Assembly: GCA_965232515.1 (NCBI GenBank)
Contig: CBDDPY010000002.1
Span: 5,696,001-5,760,000 of the forward strand
Reading direction: 5' to 3'
Source: Alphaproteobacteria bacterium
Lineage (GTDB): Bacteria > Pseudomonadota > Alphaproteobacteria > GCA-2731375
Length of the DNA: 64,000 nt
Shown here: positions 11,653 to 22,170 of the stretch, piece by piece
Numbering within the stretch: position 1 is the first letter of the stretch
Layout of the letters: each line of letters starts with the position of its first letter
Program-made: the position numbers and the translations under genes
Notes under the pieces: generated by a model
What the model was told of the DNA's origin: nothing
Seen by the model: the letters and a program-made list of their open reading frames with translations, nothing else
The model's database searches: none

Positions 11653-11666
11653 CTGACCTATCTCAA
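11653..11666. promoter_or_regulatory. Possible CRP/FNR-type (FixK/Anr-like) site
   Basis: CTGA-CCTATC-TCAA, a 7/8 match to TTGA-N6-TCAA, in the arc/xfp divergent spacer. Confidence 0.35.
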
Positions 11667-11814
11667 AGACAGGCGCCGGATCTGCGGGCTCTCTGAAGGC
11701 ATGTGTTGTTCAGCGGACAATTGTCCTGTTCACCGTCCGATGGTCACAGAATGGTCACAACGTCTGGTTGCGGAACCGGTCGGGGTACGCTGTCGCTAAT
11801 TCTTGAGAGGGGTC

Positions 11815-14181
11815 ATGGCTGACGTTCTGTCGAACGAGGAATTCCAGGCGATCGACGCCTATTGGCGGGCGGCGAATTACCTGTCCGTCGGGCAGATCTA
11901 TCTGCTCGACAACCCGCTGCTGAAACAGCCGCTCGAGCTCGCGCACATCAAGCCGCGGCTGCTGGGGCATTGGGGCACGACGCCCGGCCTGAACTTTATC
12001 TACGTGCACCTGAACCGGCTGATCCGGAACCGGGATCTCGACATGATTTACGTGGCCGGTCCAGGACATGGTGGGCCGGGCCTGCTGGCCAACACCTATC
12101 TCGAGGGCAGCTACAGCGAGGTCTATCCCAACGTCTCACGGGACGCCGGTGGCATGCGGCGGCTGTTCAAGCAGTTCTCGTTTCCGGGCGGCGTGCCGAG
12201 CCACGTGGCGCCGGAAACGCCGGGCTCGATCCACGAGGGCGGCGAGCTCGGCTATGCGCTCTCGCACGCCTACGGCGCGGCGTTCGACAACCCCGATTTG
12301 CTCGTCGCCTGCGTCGTCGGCGACGGCGAGGCCGAGACCGGGCCGCTGGCCACGGCCTGGCATTCGAACAAGTTCCTCAATCCGGCCCGAGACGGCGCGG
12401 TGCTGCCGATCCTGCATCTGAACGGCTACAAGATCGCCAACCCGACCGTGCTCGCCCGCATCAGCGAGCAGGAGCTCGAAAGCCTGTTCGTCGGCTACGG
12501 CTACAAGCCGCATATCGTCGCCGGCGACGAACCCGAACGCATGCACCAGCAGATGGCCGCCACGCTCGACGCCGTCGCCGCCGAGATCCAGGAGATCCAG
12601 CAACAGGCGCGCAGCGGCGGCTTCACCGAACGCCCGCGTTGGCCGATGATCGTCCTACGCACGCCCAAGGGCTGGACCGGGCCGAAAGAAGTCGAGGGCA
12701 AGAAGGCCGAAGGCTCCTGGCGGTCGCATCAAGTGCCGCTGTCCAGTATGGCGGCGAAGCCCGCTAACGTCGGCCTGCTGGAAGACTGGCTGAAAAGCTA
12801 CCGGCCCGACGAACTGTTCGACGAAGCCGGCAGTCTGAAACCCGAGCTCGCGGCGCTCGCGCCCGAGGGCAACCGCCGCATGGGCGCCAATCCGCACGCG
12901 AACGGCGGCGTGCTGCTGAAAGATCTGCGGCTGCCGGACTTCCGCGACTACGCCGTTGCGGTCGACCAACCCGGCGCGGCCAGGGCCGAGGCGACTCGCG
13001 TGATGGGCCAGTTGCTGCGCGACGTCATGGCCGGCAACGAAGATCACAGCAATTTCCGCGTGTTCGGCCCGGACGAGACCGCATCTAACCGCCTAAGCGC
13101 CGTGTTCGAGGTGACGGATCGCGCCTGGACCGCCGAGACCGTCGACGGCGACGATCATCTGTCGCCGGACGGCCGGGTCATGGAGATCCTCAGCGAACAT
13201 ACCTGCCAGGGCTGGCTCGAGGGTTATCTGCTGACCGGCCGGCACGGCCTGTTCTCGACCTACGAGGCCTTCGTGCACGTCATCGACTCCATGTTCAACC
13301 AGCACGCCAAATGGCTGAAGTCGACCAGCCAGGAAATCCCCTGGCGCCGCCCGATCGCGTCCTTGAATTACCTCCTGACCTCGCACGTCTGGCGCCAGGA
13401 CCATAACGGCTTCAGCCACCAGGACCCCGGCTTCATCGATCATGTCGTCAACAAGAAGGCCGACGTGATCCGGGTCTACTTCCCGCCCGACGCCAACACG
13501 CTGCTGCACGTTACAGACGACTGCCTGCGCAGCCGCAACAAGGTCAACGTCATCGTCGCCGGCAAGCAGCCGCAGCCGCAATGGCTGGACATGGACGCCG
13601 CCGTCAAGCACTGCGCCGCCGGCATCGGCATCTGGGCCTGGGCCAGCAACGACCAGGGCGCCGAGCCGGACGTGGTCATGGCCTGCTGCGGCGACGTGCC
13701 GACCATCGAAACGCTGGCCGCGGTCCAGATCCTGCGCGAGCAGGCGCCCGAGCTGAAGGTCCGTGTCATCAACGTGGTCGACCTGATGCGGCTGCAGCCG
13801 CGCGAGGAGCATCCGCACGGCCTCTCCGACAAGGCGTTCGACGTGCTCTTCACCACGGACAAGCCGATCATCTTCGCCTATCACGGCTATCCCTGGCTGA
13901 TCCACCGGCTGACCTACCGGCGCACCAACCACGACAATCTGCACGTCCGCGGCTACAAGGAGGAGGGCACCACCACCACCCCTTTCGACATGGCCGTGCG
14001 CAACGACATCGATCGCTTCCATCTGGTCGAGGACGTCATCGACCGGGTGCCCAAGCTCGGCCCCCGCGCGGCCTACGCCAAGCAGGCCGTCCGCGACAAG
14101 CTGATCGAGCACAAGCAGTACATCCGCACCCACGGCGAGGACATGCCGGAAATCCGCGACTGGAAATGGTCGCTGTCGTAG
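11815..14181 (+). CDS. xfp: Phosphoketolase (xylulose-5-P/fructose-6-P)
   Basis: [36 protein letters not shown] motifs; ATG at 11815 after GAGAGGGG. Confidence 0.97.
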   Translation: MADVLSNEEFQAIDAYWRAANYLSVGQIYLLDNPLLKQPLELAHIKPRLLGHWGTTPGLNFIYVHLNRLIRNRDLDMIYVAGPGHGGPGLLANTYLEGSYSEVYPNVSRDAGGMRRLFKQFSFPGGVPSHVAPETPGSIHEGGELGYALSHAYGAAFDNPDLLVACVVGDGEAETGPLATAWHSNKFLNPARDGAVLPILHLNGYKIANPTVLARISEQELESLFVGYGYKPHIVAGDEPERMHQQMAATLDAVAAEIQEIQQQARSGGFTERPRWPMIVLRTPKGWTGPKEVEGKKAEGSWRSHQVPLSSMAAKPANVGLLEDWLKSYRPDELFDEAGSLKPELAALAPEGNRRMGANPHANGGVLLKDLRLPDFRDYAVAVDQPGAARAEATRVMGQLLRDVMAGNEDHSNFRVFGPDETASNRLSAVFEVTDRAWTAETVDGDDHLSPDGRVMEILSEHTCQGWLEGYLLTGRHGLFSTYEAFVHVIDSMFNQHAKWLKSTSQEIPWRRPIASLNYLLTSHVWRQDHNGFSHQDPGFIDHVVNKKADVIRVYFPPDANTLLHVTDDCLRSRNKVNVIVAGKQPQPQWLDMDAAVKHCAAGIGIWAWASNDQGAEPDVVMACCGDVPTIETLAAVQILREQAPELKVRVINVVDLMRLQPREEHPHGLSDKAFDVLFTTDKPIIFAYHGYPWLIHRLTYRRTNHDNLHVRGYKEEGTTTTPFDMAVRNDIDRFHLVEDVIDRVPKLGPRAAYAKQAVRDKLIEHKQYIRTHGEDMPEIRDWKWSLS

Positions 14182-14197
14182 GCCGCGCTGGCGGCCG

Positions 14198-14608
14198 TCA
14201 GCCTTCGCGGTCGCAGTTCACCATCCAGGGGATACCGAACCTGTCGGTCAGCATGCCGAAGCGGATCGCCCAGAACGTCTCCTCGATGGGCATGCGCACG
14301 GTCCCGCCGTCCGCCAGCGCGTGGAACACGCGTTCGGCGTCCTCGGCGCTCTCCATCTGCAGCGAGATGGAAAACCCGGTCGGCGTCTGCCGGCGGTCGG
14401 GCGGCGTGTCCGAGCCCATCAGCACCTGATCGCCGATGACGAGGCGGGCGTGCATGATCTTCTCGCCCCATTCCTTCGGCGCGAAGTCCTCGGCGGGCGA
14501 GCCCGCGAACGGCAGCATGGCCTCGATCTCGCCGCCCAACACCTCTTCGTAGAACCGGAACGCCGCCGCGCAGTCGCCGCCAAACTCCAGGTAAGGATTA
14601 ATCCGCAT
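14198..14608 (-). CDS. VOC/PhnB-family protein
   Basis: INPYLEF, IMHARL, ETFWA, DRFGIPW motifs; AAGGAGG RBS. Confidence 0.9.
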   Translation of the reverse strand: MRINPYLEFGGDCAAAFRFYEEVLGGEIEAMLPFAGSPAEDFAPKEWGEKIMHARLVIGDQVLMGSDTPPDRRQTPTGFSISLQMESAEDAERVFHALADGGTVRMPIEETFWAIRFGMLTDRFGIPWMVNCDREG

Positions 14609-14727
14609 CTGCATTGCCTCCTTCACGACCACCGCGAGCAGTCGATGTTGCGACACAGTTCCGAACCCGTGGTCTCGAATCCTACCAGCTTTACCTTTGA
14701 GTTAGCGCGGTCATGGAAACTGTGTCC

Positions 14728-15630
14728 TTAGTCGATCCGTCTTGCATCGTCGACGGCGAAGGCTTCGACGATGCGGGCATAGCGTTCGCCGTCTCGGAAG
14801 CCACCGTGACTGACCAGGTAGTAGCCGCGCTCCGATGTCAGCGGCTGATCGAAGACGGTCACCAGCACGCCGCTCCGCAGCAGATCGGCGATCACCTCGG
14901 TCCAGCCCAGGGCGACGCCCAGGCCCTGGATCGCCTGATGGATGGCGATGCCGTGGTTGGTCAACAGCGCGCTGTGATCGACAGCGTCGGCGTCGGGCGC
15001 GAACCGGGCCTGCCAATCGTCCCAGGTGAACCAGCGGTTCTCCGGATCCTCGAGATGGATCAGCGGCCCGTTGCGCAGCAGCTCCGCCGGGGTGAGGTCG
15101 CCGAGCCGGGCCCGCAGTGCCGGCGCGCAGACCGGCACCACCGATTCATGAAACAGCAGTTCCGCCCTGACGCCCGGCCAGCTGCCGTCGCCGAATAGGA
15201 TTGCGCAGTCCACATCGTGCGGCGAGATCTCCGCGTCGAGCTCGCTGGTGACGATGCGAACGCTGAGATCCGGACGGTTCGCCCGCAGGCGGGCGAGGCG
15301 CGGCAGGACCCAATACGATGCGATCCCGGGATAGGTGGCGAGCGTGATCGGTCCCGTGTTCCGGCGGTCGCGCAGCCGCGCGCTGGCCCGGGCCAACTCG
15401 TCCAGCGCGGTTGAGACCGTGGGATAGAGCTCGTTGGCCTCCGACGTCGGCACCACGTTGTTGGCTTGCTTGCGGAACAGCCGGGTTCCCAGATCTTTTT
15501 CCAGCGCCCGGATCTGGTGGCTGATGGCGGGCTGCTTGACGTTGAGTTCGCCCGCGGCCTTGGTGAAGCTGCCGAGCCGGTAGCAGGCTTCAAACGCCCG
15601 GACAGCTTTCAAAGGCGGAAGATCCCGCAT
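14728..15630 (-). CDS. LysR regulator, GcvA-like, divergent from dmdA
   Basis: LPPLKAVRAFEA, SFTKAA, AISHQIRALE HTH; WVLPRL; QGLGVAL. Confidence 0.93.
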   Translation of the reverse strand: MRDLPPLKAVRAFEACYRLGSFTKAAGELNVKQPAISHQIRALEKDLGTRLFRKQANNVVPTSEANELYPTVSTALDELARASARLRDRRNTGPITLATYPGIASYWVLPRLARLRANRPDLSVRIVTSELDAEISPHDVDCAILFGDGSWPGVRAELLFHESVVPVCAPALRARLGDLTPAELLRNGPLIHLEDPENRWFTWDDWQARFAPDADAVDHSALLTNHGIAIHQAIQGLGVALGWTEVIADLLRSGVLVTVFDQPLTSERGYYLVSHGGFRDGERYARIVEAFAVDDARRID

Positions 15631-15638
15631 GTCGGCTC

Positions 15639-15653
15639 ATCGATTTTTTCGAT
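15639..15653. promoter_or_regulatory. LysR recognition site (T-N11-A palindrome)
   Basis: ATCGA-TTTTT-TCGAT just upstream of the LysR start. Confidence 0.55.
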
Positions 15654-15899
15654 AATGGCATGAAGTTTATCGACGTTTATCCGCTAAGCAAGTCCTGTTG
15701 GAATCGGGATCTGGAACGATCGATTCCAATTAGAAAAATAATAGACCCAGGGGACCGCTCCGGTGAGGAGCCATGGCGGTAATGCGCAAGCGATGAGTGG
15801 GTATCGGCACCGCGCGGAGATCTTCCGGATCTGCCCGTGAGCGCGGAATCGGGTGTGCACGACGTCATCGCGTCGGCGCCAGGCTTCGGACCCGATCCG

Positions 15900-17021
15900 A
15901 TGTCGGTGCCGACGATTGCCATATCGCGCCGGACGCGCGCCACGCCATTCACGGACCGGGTGAAGGCCGCCGGCGTCAAGTCGTACACCGTTTATAACCA
16001 TATGCTGCTGGCGACCGTCTTCCGGTCGCTGGAGGAAGACTACTGGCACCTCTGCCAGCACGTTCAGGTCTGGGACGTGAGCTGTCAGCGCCAGATCGAA
16101 CTGCACGGACCGGACGCCGCCCGGCTGGTACAGCTGATGACGCCGCGCGATCTCAGTCGGGCCGTGATCGGGCAATGCCTTTATGCGCCGATCGTCGACG
16201 ACGCGGGCGGTCTGCTCAATGATCCCGTGGTCCTGAAGCTGGACGACGACCGCTACTGGCTGTCGATCGCCGACAGCGACCTGCTGTTTTGGGCCAAGGG
16301 GCTGGCGCTGGGCTTCGCGCTCGACGTCGAGGTCACGGAAGCGGACGTGTTTCCGCTCGCGGTTCAGGGACCGAGGGCGGACGACCTGATGGTCCGGGTG
16401 TTCGGCGAGGCGGTGCGCGAGATCGGCTTCTTCCGCTTCGCCCGGCTATCGTTTCAGGCGCACCCACTGGTGATATCGCGCTCCGGCTGGAGCAAGCAGG
16501 GCGGTTTCGAGATTTATCTCGATGCACCCTCGCTCGGCCCCGAATTGTGGGATGCCCTCATGCAGGCCGGCGCCGACCTCGATGTCGGGCCGGGCTGTCC
16601 CAACCTGATCGAGCGGGTCGAAAGCGGTCTCTTGTCCTACGGCAACGAGATGACGCGCCAGAACAATCCATACGAGGTCGGCCTGGACCGCTACTGCAAG
16701 CTCGACGGCCCCTGGTTTATCGGCAAGCCGGCGCTGCAACGGATCAAGGCCGCCGGACCGGCCCGTCGGCTGCGCGGTATGCGTTTCGAGGGCGCGCCGA
16801 CGCGCGTGTCCACGACGTCCTGGGCGATCCGGTCCGGCGGCGCTCTGGTCGGGCGGCTGCCGACGGCCGTGTGGTCGCCGCGCTTCGGCGCCAACATCGG
16901 TTTCGCCATGATGGAACGGGGTTGGTGGGATGCCGGCACAGAGGTCGAGATTGACGTGGCCGACGGCAGCCTTCGCCGAGGCCGGGTTTGCGATTTGCCG
17001 TTTGCGGAGACCACTGGCTGA
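15900..17021 (+). CDS. dmdA: Dimethylsulfoniopropionate demethylase (GcvT-family)
   Basis: SRR..TPF, YTVYNHMLL, HVQVWDV, LAVQGPRADDLM.RVFGEAVR, RSGWSKQGGFEIY, GCPN.IERVESGLLSYGN closely match roseobacter DmdA as I recall it. Confidence 0.88.
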   Translation: MSVPTIAISRRTRATPFTDRVKAAGVKSYTVYNHMLLATVFRSLEEDYWHLCQHVQVWDVSCQRQIELHGPDAARLVQLMTPRDLSRAVIGQCLYAPIVDDAGGLLNDPVVLKLDDDRYWLSIADSDLLFWAKGLALGFALDVEVTEADVFPLAVQGPRADDLMVRVFGEAVREIGFFRFARLSFQAHPLVISRSGWSKQGGFEIYLDAPSLGPELWDALMQAGADLDVGPGCPNLIERVESGLLSYGNEMTRQNNPYEVGLDRYCKLDGPWFIGKPALQRIKAAGPARRLRGMRFEGAPTRVSTTSWAIRSGGALVGRLPTAVWSPRFGANIGFAMMERGWWDAGTEVEIDVADGSLRRGRVCDLPFAETTG

Positions 17022-17144
17022 ACGGGGTGGCCTCGTGCTGTGCGGTTGGACGGAGAGGAAACGGTAGCGCGTTCATCAAGTTAACGGGGCACCGGCGTGT
17101 CTGAGGGCCGCGTCGGCCCGACAACAACATATGGGAGGTTGCGC

Positions 17145-18812
17145 ATGTCAGATGATCGACAAGGCCCGAACGGCTTGGTCGCCGAAACCGGCGTCTTCAA
17201 GGGCCTGCATGCCGGCATGGGGCTGGCGGCCAAGGGCATGGTGGTCGCCTTCGTGGTCTTCACCGTGCTCAACGTCGATTTCGCCAGCGGCATCTATTCG
17301 CAGATCCGCGGCTGGATTGAGGCGTCGCTGAACTGGTACTACATCAGCGCCGTCACCATCATGCTGTTCGTCTGCTTCTACCTGATGTTCAGCCGTTTCG
17401 GGAACATCCGGCTGGGCGACGACGACTCGCGGCCGGAGTTCAGCAACTTCTCCTGGTTCGCCATGTTGTTCTCGGCCGGCGTCGGCATCGGGCTGCTGTT
17501 CTTCGGCATTGCCGAGCCGATGTTCTATTTCGACAACACCCAGCCCTGGGGCTATCCGAATAATCCATTCGCCGACCATCAGGGCGCGACCGCGATGGAC
17601 GAGCAACGCGCCGTCGCGGCGATGCGGGTGACTTATTTCCATTGGGGCTTTCACGGCTGGGCCGTCTACGTGATGATCGGCCTGTGCCTGGCCTATTTCG
17701 GCTTCCGCAAAAAGCTGCCATTGACCCTGCGCTCGGCGCTCTATCCGGTGATCGGCGACAAGATCTACGGCCCGATCGGCCACGCCGTCGATCTGCTGGC
17801 CGTGTTCGGCACGGTTTTTGGCGTCGCCACCTCGCTCGGTCTCGGCGTCAGTCAGATGGCCACCGGCCTCAACGTGCTGTTCGGCGTCGATCCGGGCATC
17901 GTCACGCAGATCGTCCTGATCGTGGTCATATCGATCGTCGCCACGCTGTCGGCCGTTTCGGGCGTCGGCAACGGCATCCGGATCATCTCCGAATGGAACA
18001 TCTATCTCAGCATCGTGCTGCTGGCCTATTTCCTGTTCGGTGGACCGTTCCAGTGGCTGATGGGCTTCTTCGTCACCACCTTGGGCGACTATCTGTGGAA
18101 CGTGATCCCGATGGGATTCCAGACCTTCAACGCGCCGGGTGAGTCGGCCTGGCAGGGCGGCTGGACGATCTTCTATTGGGGCTGGTGGATTTCCTGGGCG
18201 CCGTTCGTCGGCATGTTCATCGCCCGCATCAGCCGCGGTCGGACGATCCGCGAGTTCATGATCGGCGTCATGTTCGTGCCGACCACGATCGCCTTCTTCT
18301 GGCTCTGCATCTTCGGCGGCAACGCCATGTTCCTCGAGCTGAACGCCGAGGCCGGTGTCGGCACCGCCGGTGTCGCCCAGCTCGTGCGGGACTGGAACCT
18401 GCCAGCGGCGCTCTTCGGCACCATAGAGCGGTTGACCGACATCGCCTGGCTGAACTGGATCATGGCCGCGTTGGCGACGTTCCTGCTGGCGACCTGGTTC
18501 ATCACCTCGTCGGACTCCGGGACGCTGGTCATCACGACCATGCTGTCCATGGGCGACGACAGTCCGCCACAGCGGTTCCGTATTGTCTGGGGCTTGGGCG
18601 AGGGCTTCGTCGCCGCCGTGCTGCTCATGGCCGGCGGCCTCAAGGCGCTGCAAACGGCGTCGATCGCCGCCGCACTGCCGGTCAGCGTGATCATGCTGTT
18701 GATGACCTACGGCATCGTCAAGTCGTTGCACGAGGACGCCGCCGCCGTGCCCGACGAGGGCTTGGCGCTGGCGCCCGACGGCACCAGCATGCGGCGCGAC
18801 CTCCGCGCCTGA
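17145..18812 (+). CDS. BCCT transporter (probable DMSP/betaine uptake)
   Basis: SWFAMLFSAGVGIG, FHWG, WTIFYWGWWISWAPFVGMFIARISRGRT, TSSDSG motifs; GGGAGG RBS. Confidence 0.93.
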   Translation: MSDDRQGPNGLVAETGVFKGLHAGMGLAAKGMVVAFVVFTVLNVDFASGIYSQIRGWIEASLNWYYISAVTIMLFVCFYLMFSRFGNIRLGDDDSRPEFSNFSWFAMLFSAGVGIGLLFFGIAEPMFYFDNTQPWGYPNNPFADHQGATAMDEQRAVAAMRVTYFHWGFHGWAVYVMIGLCLAYFGFRKKLPLTLRSALYPVIGDKIYGPIGHAVDLLAVFGTVFGVATSLGLGVSQMATGLNVLFGVDPGIVTQIVLIVVISIVATLSAVSGVGNGIRIISEWNIYLSIVLLAYFLFGGPFQWLMGFFVTTLGDYLWNVIPMGFQTFNAPGESAWQGGWTIFYWGWWISWAPFVGMFIARISRGRTIREFMIGVMFVPTTIAFFWLCIFGGNAMFLELNAEAGVGTAGVAQLVRDWNLPAALFGTIERLTDIAWLNWIMAALATFLLATWFITSSDSGTLVITTMLSMGDDSPPQRFRIVWGLGEGFVAAVLLMAGGLKALQTASIAAALPVSVIMLLMTYGIVKSLHEDAAAVPDEGLALAPDGTSMRRDLRA

Positions 18813-18856
18813 CGGTTACGGCCCGGTCGCCCGCAAGTGCGGCCGGGCCGCCCCGT

Positions 18857-20077
18857 TCACGCCAGCTCGCAGATCTCCAGGATGGCGATCAGGTAGAGGC
18901 GTACGGCGTCGAGATAGTCGCGCAGCTCGACCCGCTCGTCGGGCATGGTGTTGTACTTACCGCCGGGCCCGCAGACGATGCCCTCCATGCCCAGCATGCG
19001 GTAGAAATGCGCCGCGTCGGTGCCGTAGAAGGCCGGCGGCCGGATCGCGCCCGTGGGCTGGGCCTCGCCGCGCAGATCGCGATAGGCGTCGTTCACGGTG
19101 CGTACGATGCGCGCGTCGGTATCCACCTCGAACGGCGACATCGACGGCTTCTCGGTCTCGACTTCCTGCGCCCGCACGCTGGCCCTGAGGCCGGGAAACT
19201 CGGCCTCCAGCTCGTCCAGCAACTTGCGCATGTCGGCCAGCACCGTTTCCTGGCTCTGTGACGGTGCGTAGCGGGCGGTGCCCGAGAGATAGGCGAAGTC
19301 GGCGATCTGCGGCGGCCGCCATTCGTGGAACTCGCGCGACAGCGCGCCGCGCAGCACGCCGACATTGGCGCGGTTGACCGAGCGGTGCAGGTCGCTCGCC
19401 GCGCCCGAGAAGGTGATGCCGTTGATACGCGGCACCAGGGCCGCGGCCGCGGCGATGGCGTCGGCCGCGTCCTCGCGTTTCGAGATATGGCGGGTGATAC
19501 CTTCCAGTTCGATCACGAAATTGAAGGCGCCGGCATGCAGCGTTAGCGCGCCCAGATCGGTCGGCTCGCAATTGATGAAATAGTCCGCCGTCACCCCCTG
19601 CTCGATGGCCTTGACGGTGCCGACGCCACCCTGCAGTTCGCCCACCACGAACGTCAGCACCACGTCGCCCTTCAGCTTGATGCCGGCCTCGGCCAGCGTG
19701 CGCACGGCGCAAAAGAAAGCGGCGTCGCCCGCCTTCATGTTCGAGACGCCGATGCCGTAGATGCAGTCGTTCTCGACCAGCCCGCCCCAGGGATCGACGG
19801 TCCAGCCCTCGGTCACCGGGTTGGTGTCGAGATGGCCGTTGAACAATAGGCTGCTGCCGCCGCCTATGCCGCGATAGGTGCCGATGGCGTTGACGCGCCG
19901 GTCGACCACCGGCTGCAGTTCCGCGTCGATGCCGAGCCCCGTCATGGCGTCGCGCATGAACACGGCCAGCTCCCGCTCGCCCTCGGTCTCGGTGTAGCTC
20001 TTGTGCCGCACCATCCGGGCCAGGAAGTCGATGCAGGCCTGGTCGTCGATCTTTTCCAGGATCTCGGCGTGTTTCAT
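18857..20077 (-). CDS. M20/ArgE-DapE-like amidohydrolase with atypical metal ligands
   Basis: Start MKHAEIL at 20077; FNGHLDT, DPWGG, CEP, GTDA motifs; several ligands substituted. Confidence 0.85.
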   Translation of the reverse strand: MKHAEILEKIDDQACIDFLARMVRHKSYTETEGERELAVFMRDAMTGLGIDAELQPVVDRRVNAIGTYRGIGGGSSLLFNGHLDTNPVTEGWTVDPWGGLVENDCIYGIGVSNMKAGDAAFFCAVRTLAEAGIKLKGDVVLTFVVGELQGGVGTVKAIEQGVTADYFINCEPTDLGALTLHAGAFNFVIELEGITRHISKREDAADAIAAAAALVPRINGITFSGAASDLHRSVNRANVGVLRGALSREFHEWRPPQIADFAYLSGTARYAPSQSQETVLADMRKLLDELEAEFPGLRASVRAQEVETEKPSMSPFEVDTDARIVRTVNDAYRDLRGEAQPTGAIRPPAFYGTDAAHFYRMLGMEGIVCGPGGKYNTMPDERVELRDYLDAVRLYLIAILEICELA

Positions 20078-22170
20078 GGGCTCGCGTCCTCCATCTTGCC
20101 GGCCTCGGCCGGCGCGGCCGCCGTCCATATCGGCGGCTCGGTTTGCAGTTCGTTGTCGCTCAGGTGGCACCGCAGCCAGTGGCCGGGGCGCGGTTCGCGT
20201 GTCGGCGGGTCCTCGTTCCGGCAGATATCGCCGATGCGCCGCGGACAGCGGCTTTCGAACGGACAGCCGACGGTCTCGGCCGTGCGCGTCGGCAGCGCGC
20301 CGCTCAGTCGGATGCGGCGCACGTCGATCTCCGGATCGAGCGCCGGCGCCGAGCTCAGCAGCGCCTCGGTATAGGGGTGGTAGGGCGGCATCGCCAGGCC
20401 GTCGGCGTCGCGCAGCTCGACGATGCGGCCGAGATACATGACCGCGACCCGGTCGGCCACGTAGCGCAGCAGATTGAGATCGTGCGTGATGAAAAGGTAG
20501 GCGATGCCCAACCGCGCCTGGATCTCGCGCAACAGGTTGACGACCGAGGCCTGCACCGAGGCATCGAGGCCAGAGGTGATCTCGTCGCAGATCATCACCG
20601 CCGGCTCGGCCGCGACGGCGCGCGCGATCGCCACCCGCTGCTTCTCGCCGCCCGACAGCGCGTGCGGATAGCGCCCGGCATGGTCGCTCGGCAGTCGCAC
20701 CTGCGCCAGCAGGTCCTGCACCGCATCGGCCAGCGCCCGGCCGCTGAGACCGCGGTAGAGCCGCAACGGCCGGCTCAGGATGGTGCCGATGGTCTGCCGC
20801 GGATTGAGCGAGGAGTCCGGATTCTGAAAGACCATCTGCACCCGGCTGCGGTAGCGCCGGTCCATATCGGCCGGCCCCGTGATTTCCCGATCGTCGAAAC
20901 GGATACGGCCCTCGAACAGCCGCAGGCCCGAAAGCGCCCGGGCCAGCGTCGACTTGCCGCAGCCGGACTCGCCGACCAGCCCCAGCGTCTCGCCGGACCG
21001 GACCTCGAGGTCGACATTGCTGACCGCGTGTACGATGCGCGCCTCGCCGCCCAGCAGCCGGCTGACGAAGCCGTGCCGGCCGATGCGCACGGACAGGTCT
21101 TCGACCGCCAGAACCGGCGCGGTCGCCCCCGGCGCCGCGCGCGTCACGGCCGCATCGTCGTCCGGCGCGCGCATCGGCTGGTGCAGCATCTCGCGCCAAC
21201 GGACGCAGGCCGTGGCGTGCACGCCGTCCGTCGTCAACGGCACCTCGGCGCGCCGGCAAACCTCGGCTGCGAACGGGCAGCGCGCGTCGAACACGCAAGT
21301 CGGGCGCGGCCCCAGCCGGTCGGGCACCTCGCCGGGAAAGGTTAGCAGCGTGGCATCGCGTCCCGCCCGCGACGGCCGCGGCAGGCTCGCCAGCAGCGCC
21401 CGCGTGTAGGGGTGCCGCGGTTCCTGGAACAGCGCGTCGACCGGGCTGTCCTCGACGATGCGGCCGGCGTAGATCACGGCAACGCGGTGCGCGATCTCGG
21501 CCACCGTGCCCAGATCGTGCGAGATGAACAGCGCCGCCACGCCGGTCCGCGCCTGCAGCCGGCGGAACAGGTCCAGGATGTTGACGGCGGTGGTCGCGTC
21601 CAGCGCCGTGGTCGGCTCGTCGAACAGGATCAGATCGGGATCGCAGGCGAAGGCGATGGCGATGACGATGCGCTGCTTCTCGCCGCCCGAAACCTCGTGC
21701 GGATACTTCTCCAGCATCAGGTCGGCGTCCGGCAGCCCGACCATGTCCAGCAGACGCCGCGCTTCCTCGGCCGCCGCCGCGCCTTCCAGGTCACGATGCC
21801 GGCGCAGCACCTCGGCGATATGCGCGCCCAGCGTCATGGTCGGATTCAGCGACGCGCCGGGGTCCTGAAACACCAGCGCGATCCGGTTGCCGCGGAGTGC
21901 CTGCAAAGCGTCCGGCGTCTGCGCCATCAAATCGTCGCCGACAAACCGGATCGCGCCGCGCTCGTCGGCGATCTCGCCGAACAGGCTGCGCATGACGGCA
22001 TAGGCAAGCGAGCTCTTGCCGGAACCGGACTCGCCGACCAGGCCAACGACCTCGCCGCGCGCGATTCTCAGGTCGACCCCGTCGAGCACCCGGAATGGCC
22101 CTGCCGCCGTCGCGTAGGACAGCGCGTAGTCGGCGACCTCCAACACCGGTTGTGCGGGCGCGGCGGTCAT
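20074..22170 (-). CDS. Peptide/nickel-type ABC ATPase, fused double domain
   Basis: Two Walker A motifs (GESGSGKS, GESGCGKS), two SGGEKQR signatures, HPYT and Cys-rich C-terminal segments. Confidence 0.95.
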   Translation of the reverse strand: MTAAPAQPVLEVADYALSYATAAGPFRVLDGVDLRIARGEVVGLVGESGSGKSSLAYAVMRSLFGEIADERGAIRFVGDDLMAQTPDALQALRGNRIALVFQDPGASLNPTMTLGAHIAEVLRRHRDLEGAAAAEEARRLLDMVGLPDADLMLEKYPHEVSGGEKQRIVIAIAFACDPDLILFDEPTTALDATTAVNILDLFRRLQARTGVAALFISHDLGTVAEIAHRVAVIYAGRIVEDSPVDALFQEPRHPYTRALLASLPRPSRAGRDATLLTFPGEVPDRLGPRPTCVFDARCPFAAEVCRRAEVPLTTDGVHATACVRWREMLHQPMRAPDDDAAVTRAAPGATAPVLAVEDLSVRIGRHGFVSRLLGGEARIVHAVSNVDLEVRSGETLGLVGESGCGKSTLARALSGLRLFEGRIRFDDREITGPADMDRRYRSRVQMVFQNPDSSLNPRQTIGTILSRPLRLYRGLSGRALADAVQDLLAQVRLPSDHAGRYPHALSGGEKQRVAIARAVAAEPAVMICDEITSGLDASVQASVVNLLREIQARLGIAYLFITHDLNLLRYVADRVAVMYLGRIVELRDADGLAMPPYHPYTEALLSSAPALDPEIDVRRIRLSGALPTRTAETVGCPFESRCPRRIGDICRNEDPPTREPRPGHWLRCHLSDNELQTEPPIWTAAAPAEAGKMEDASP

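Noticed and set aside
15900-17021. Annotation as glycine cleavage T protein (gcvT)
   Set aside because: No gcvH or gcvP nearby; motifs and the adjacent BCCT fit DmdA better.
18857-21298. 813-aa ORF suggesting a large M20 fusion
   Set aside because: The Arg/Gly-rich extension overlaps the ABC ATPase in another frame; the ATGA-coupled start at 20077 is more plausible.
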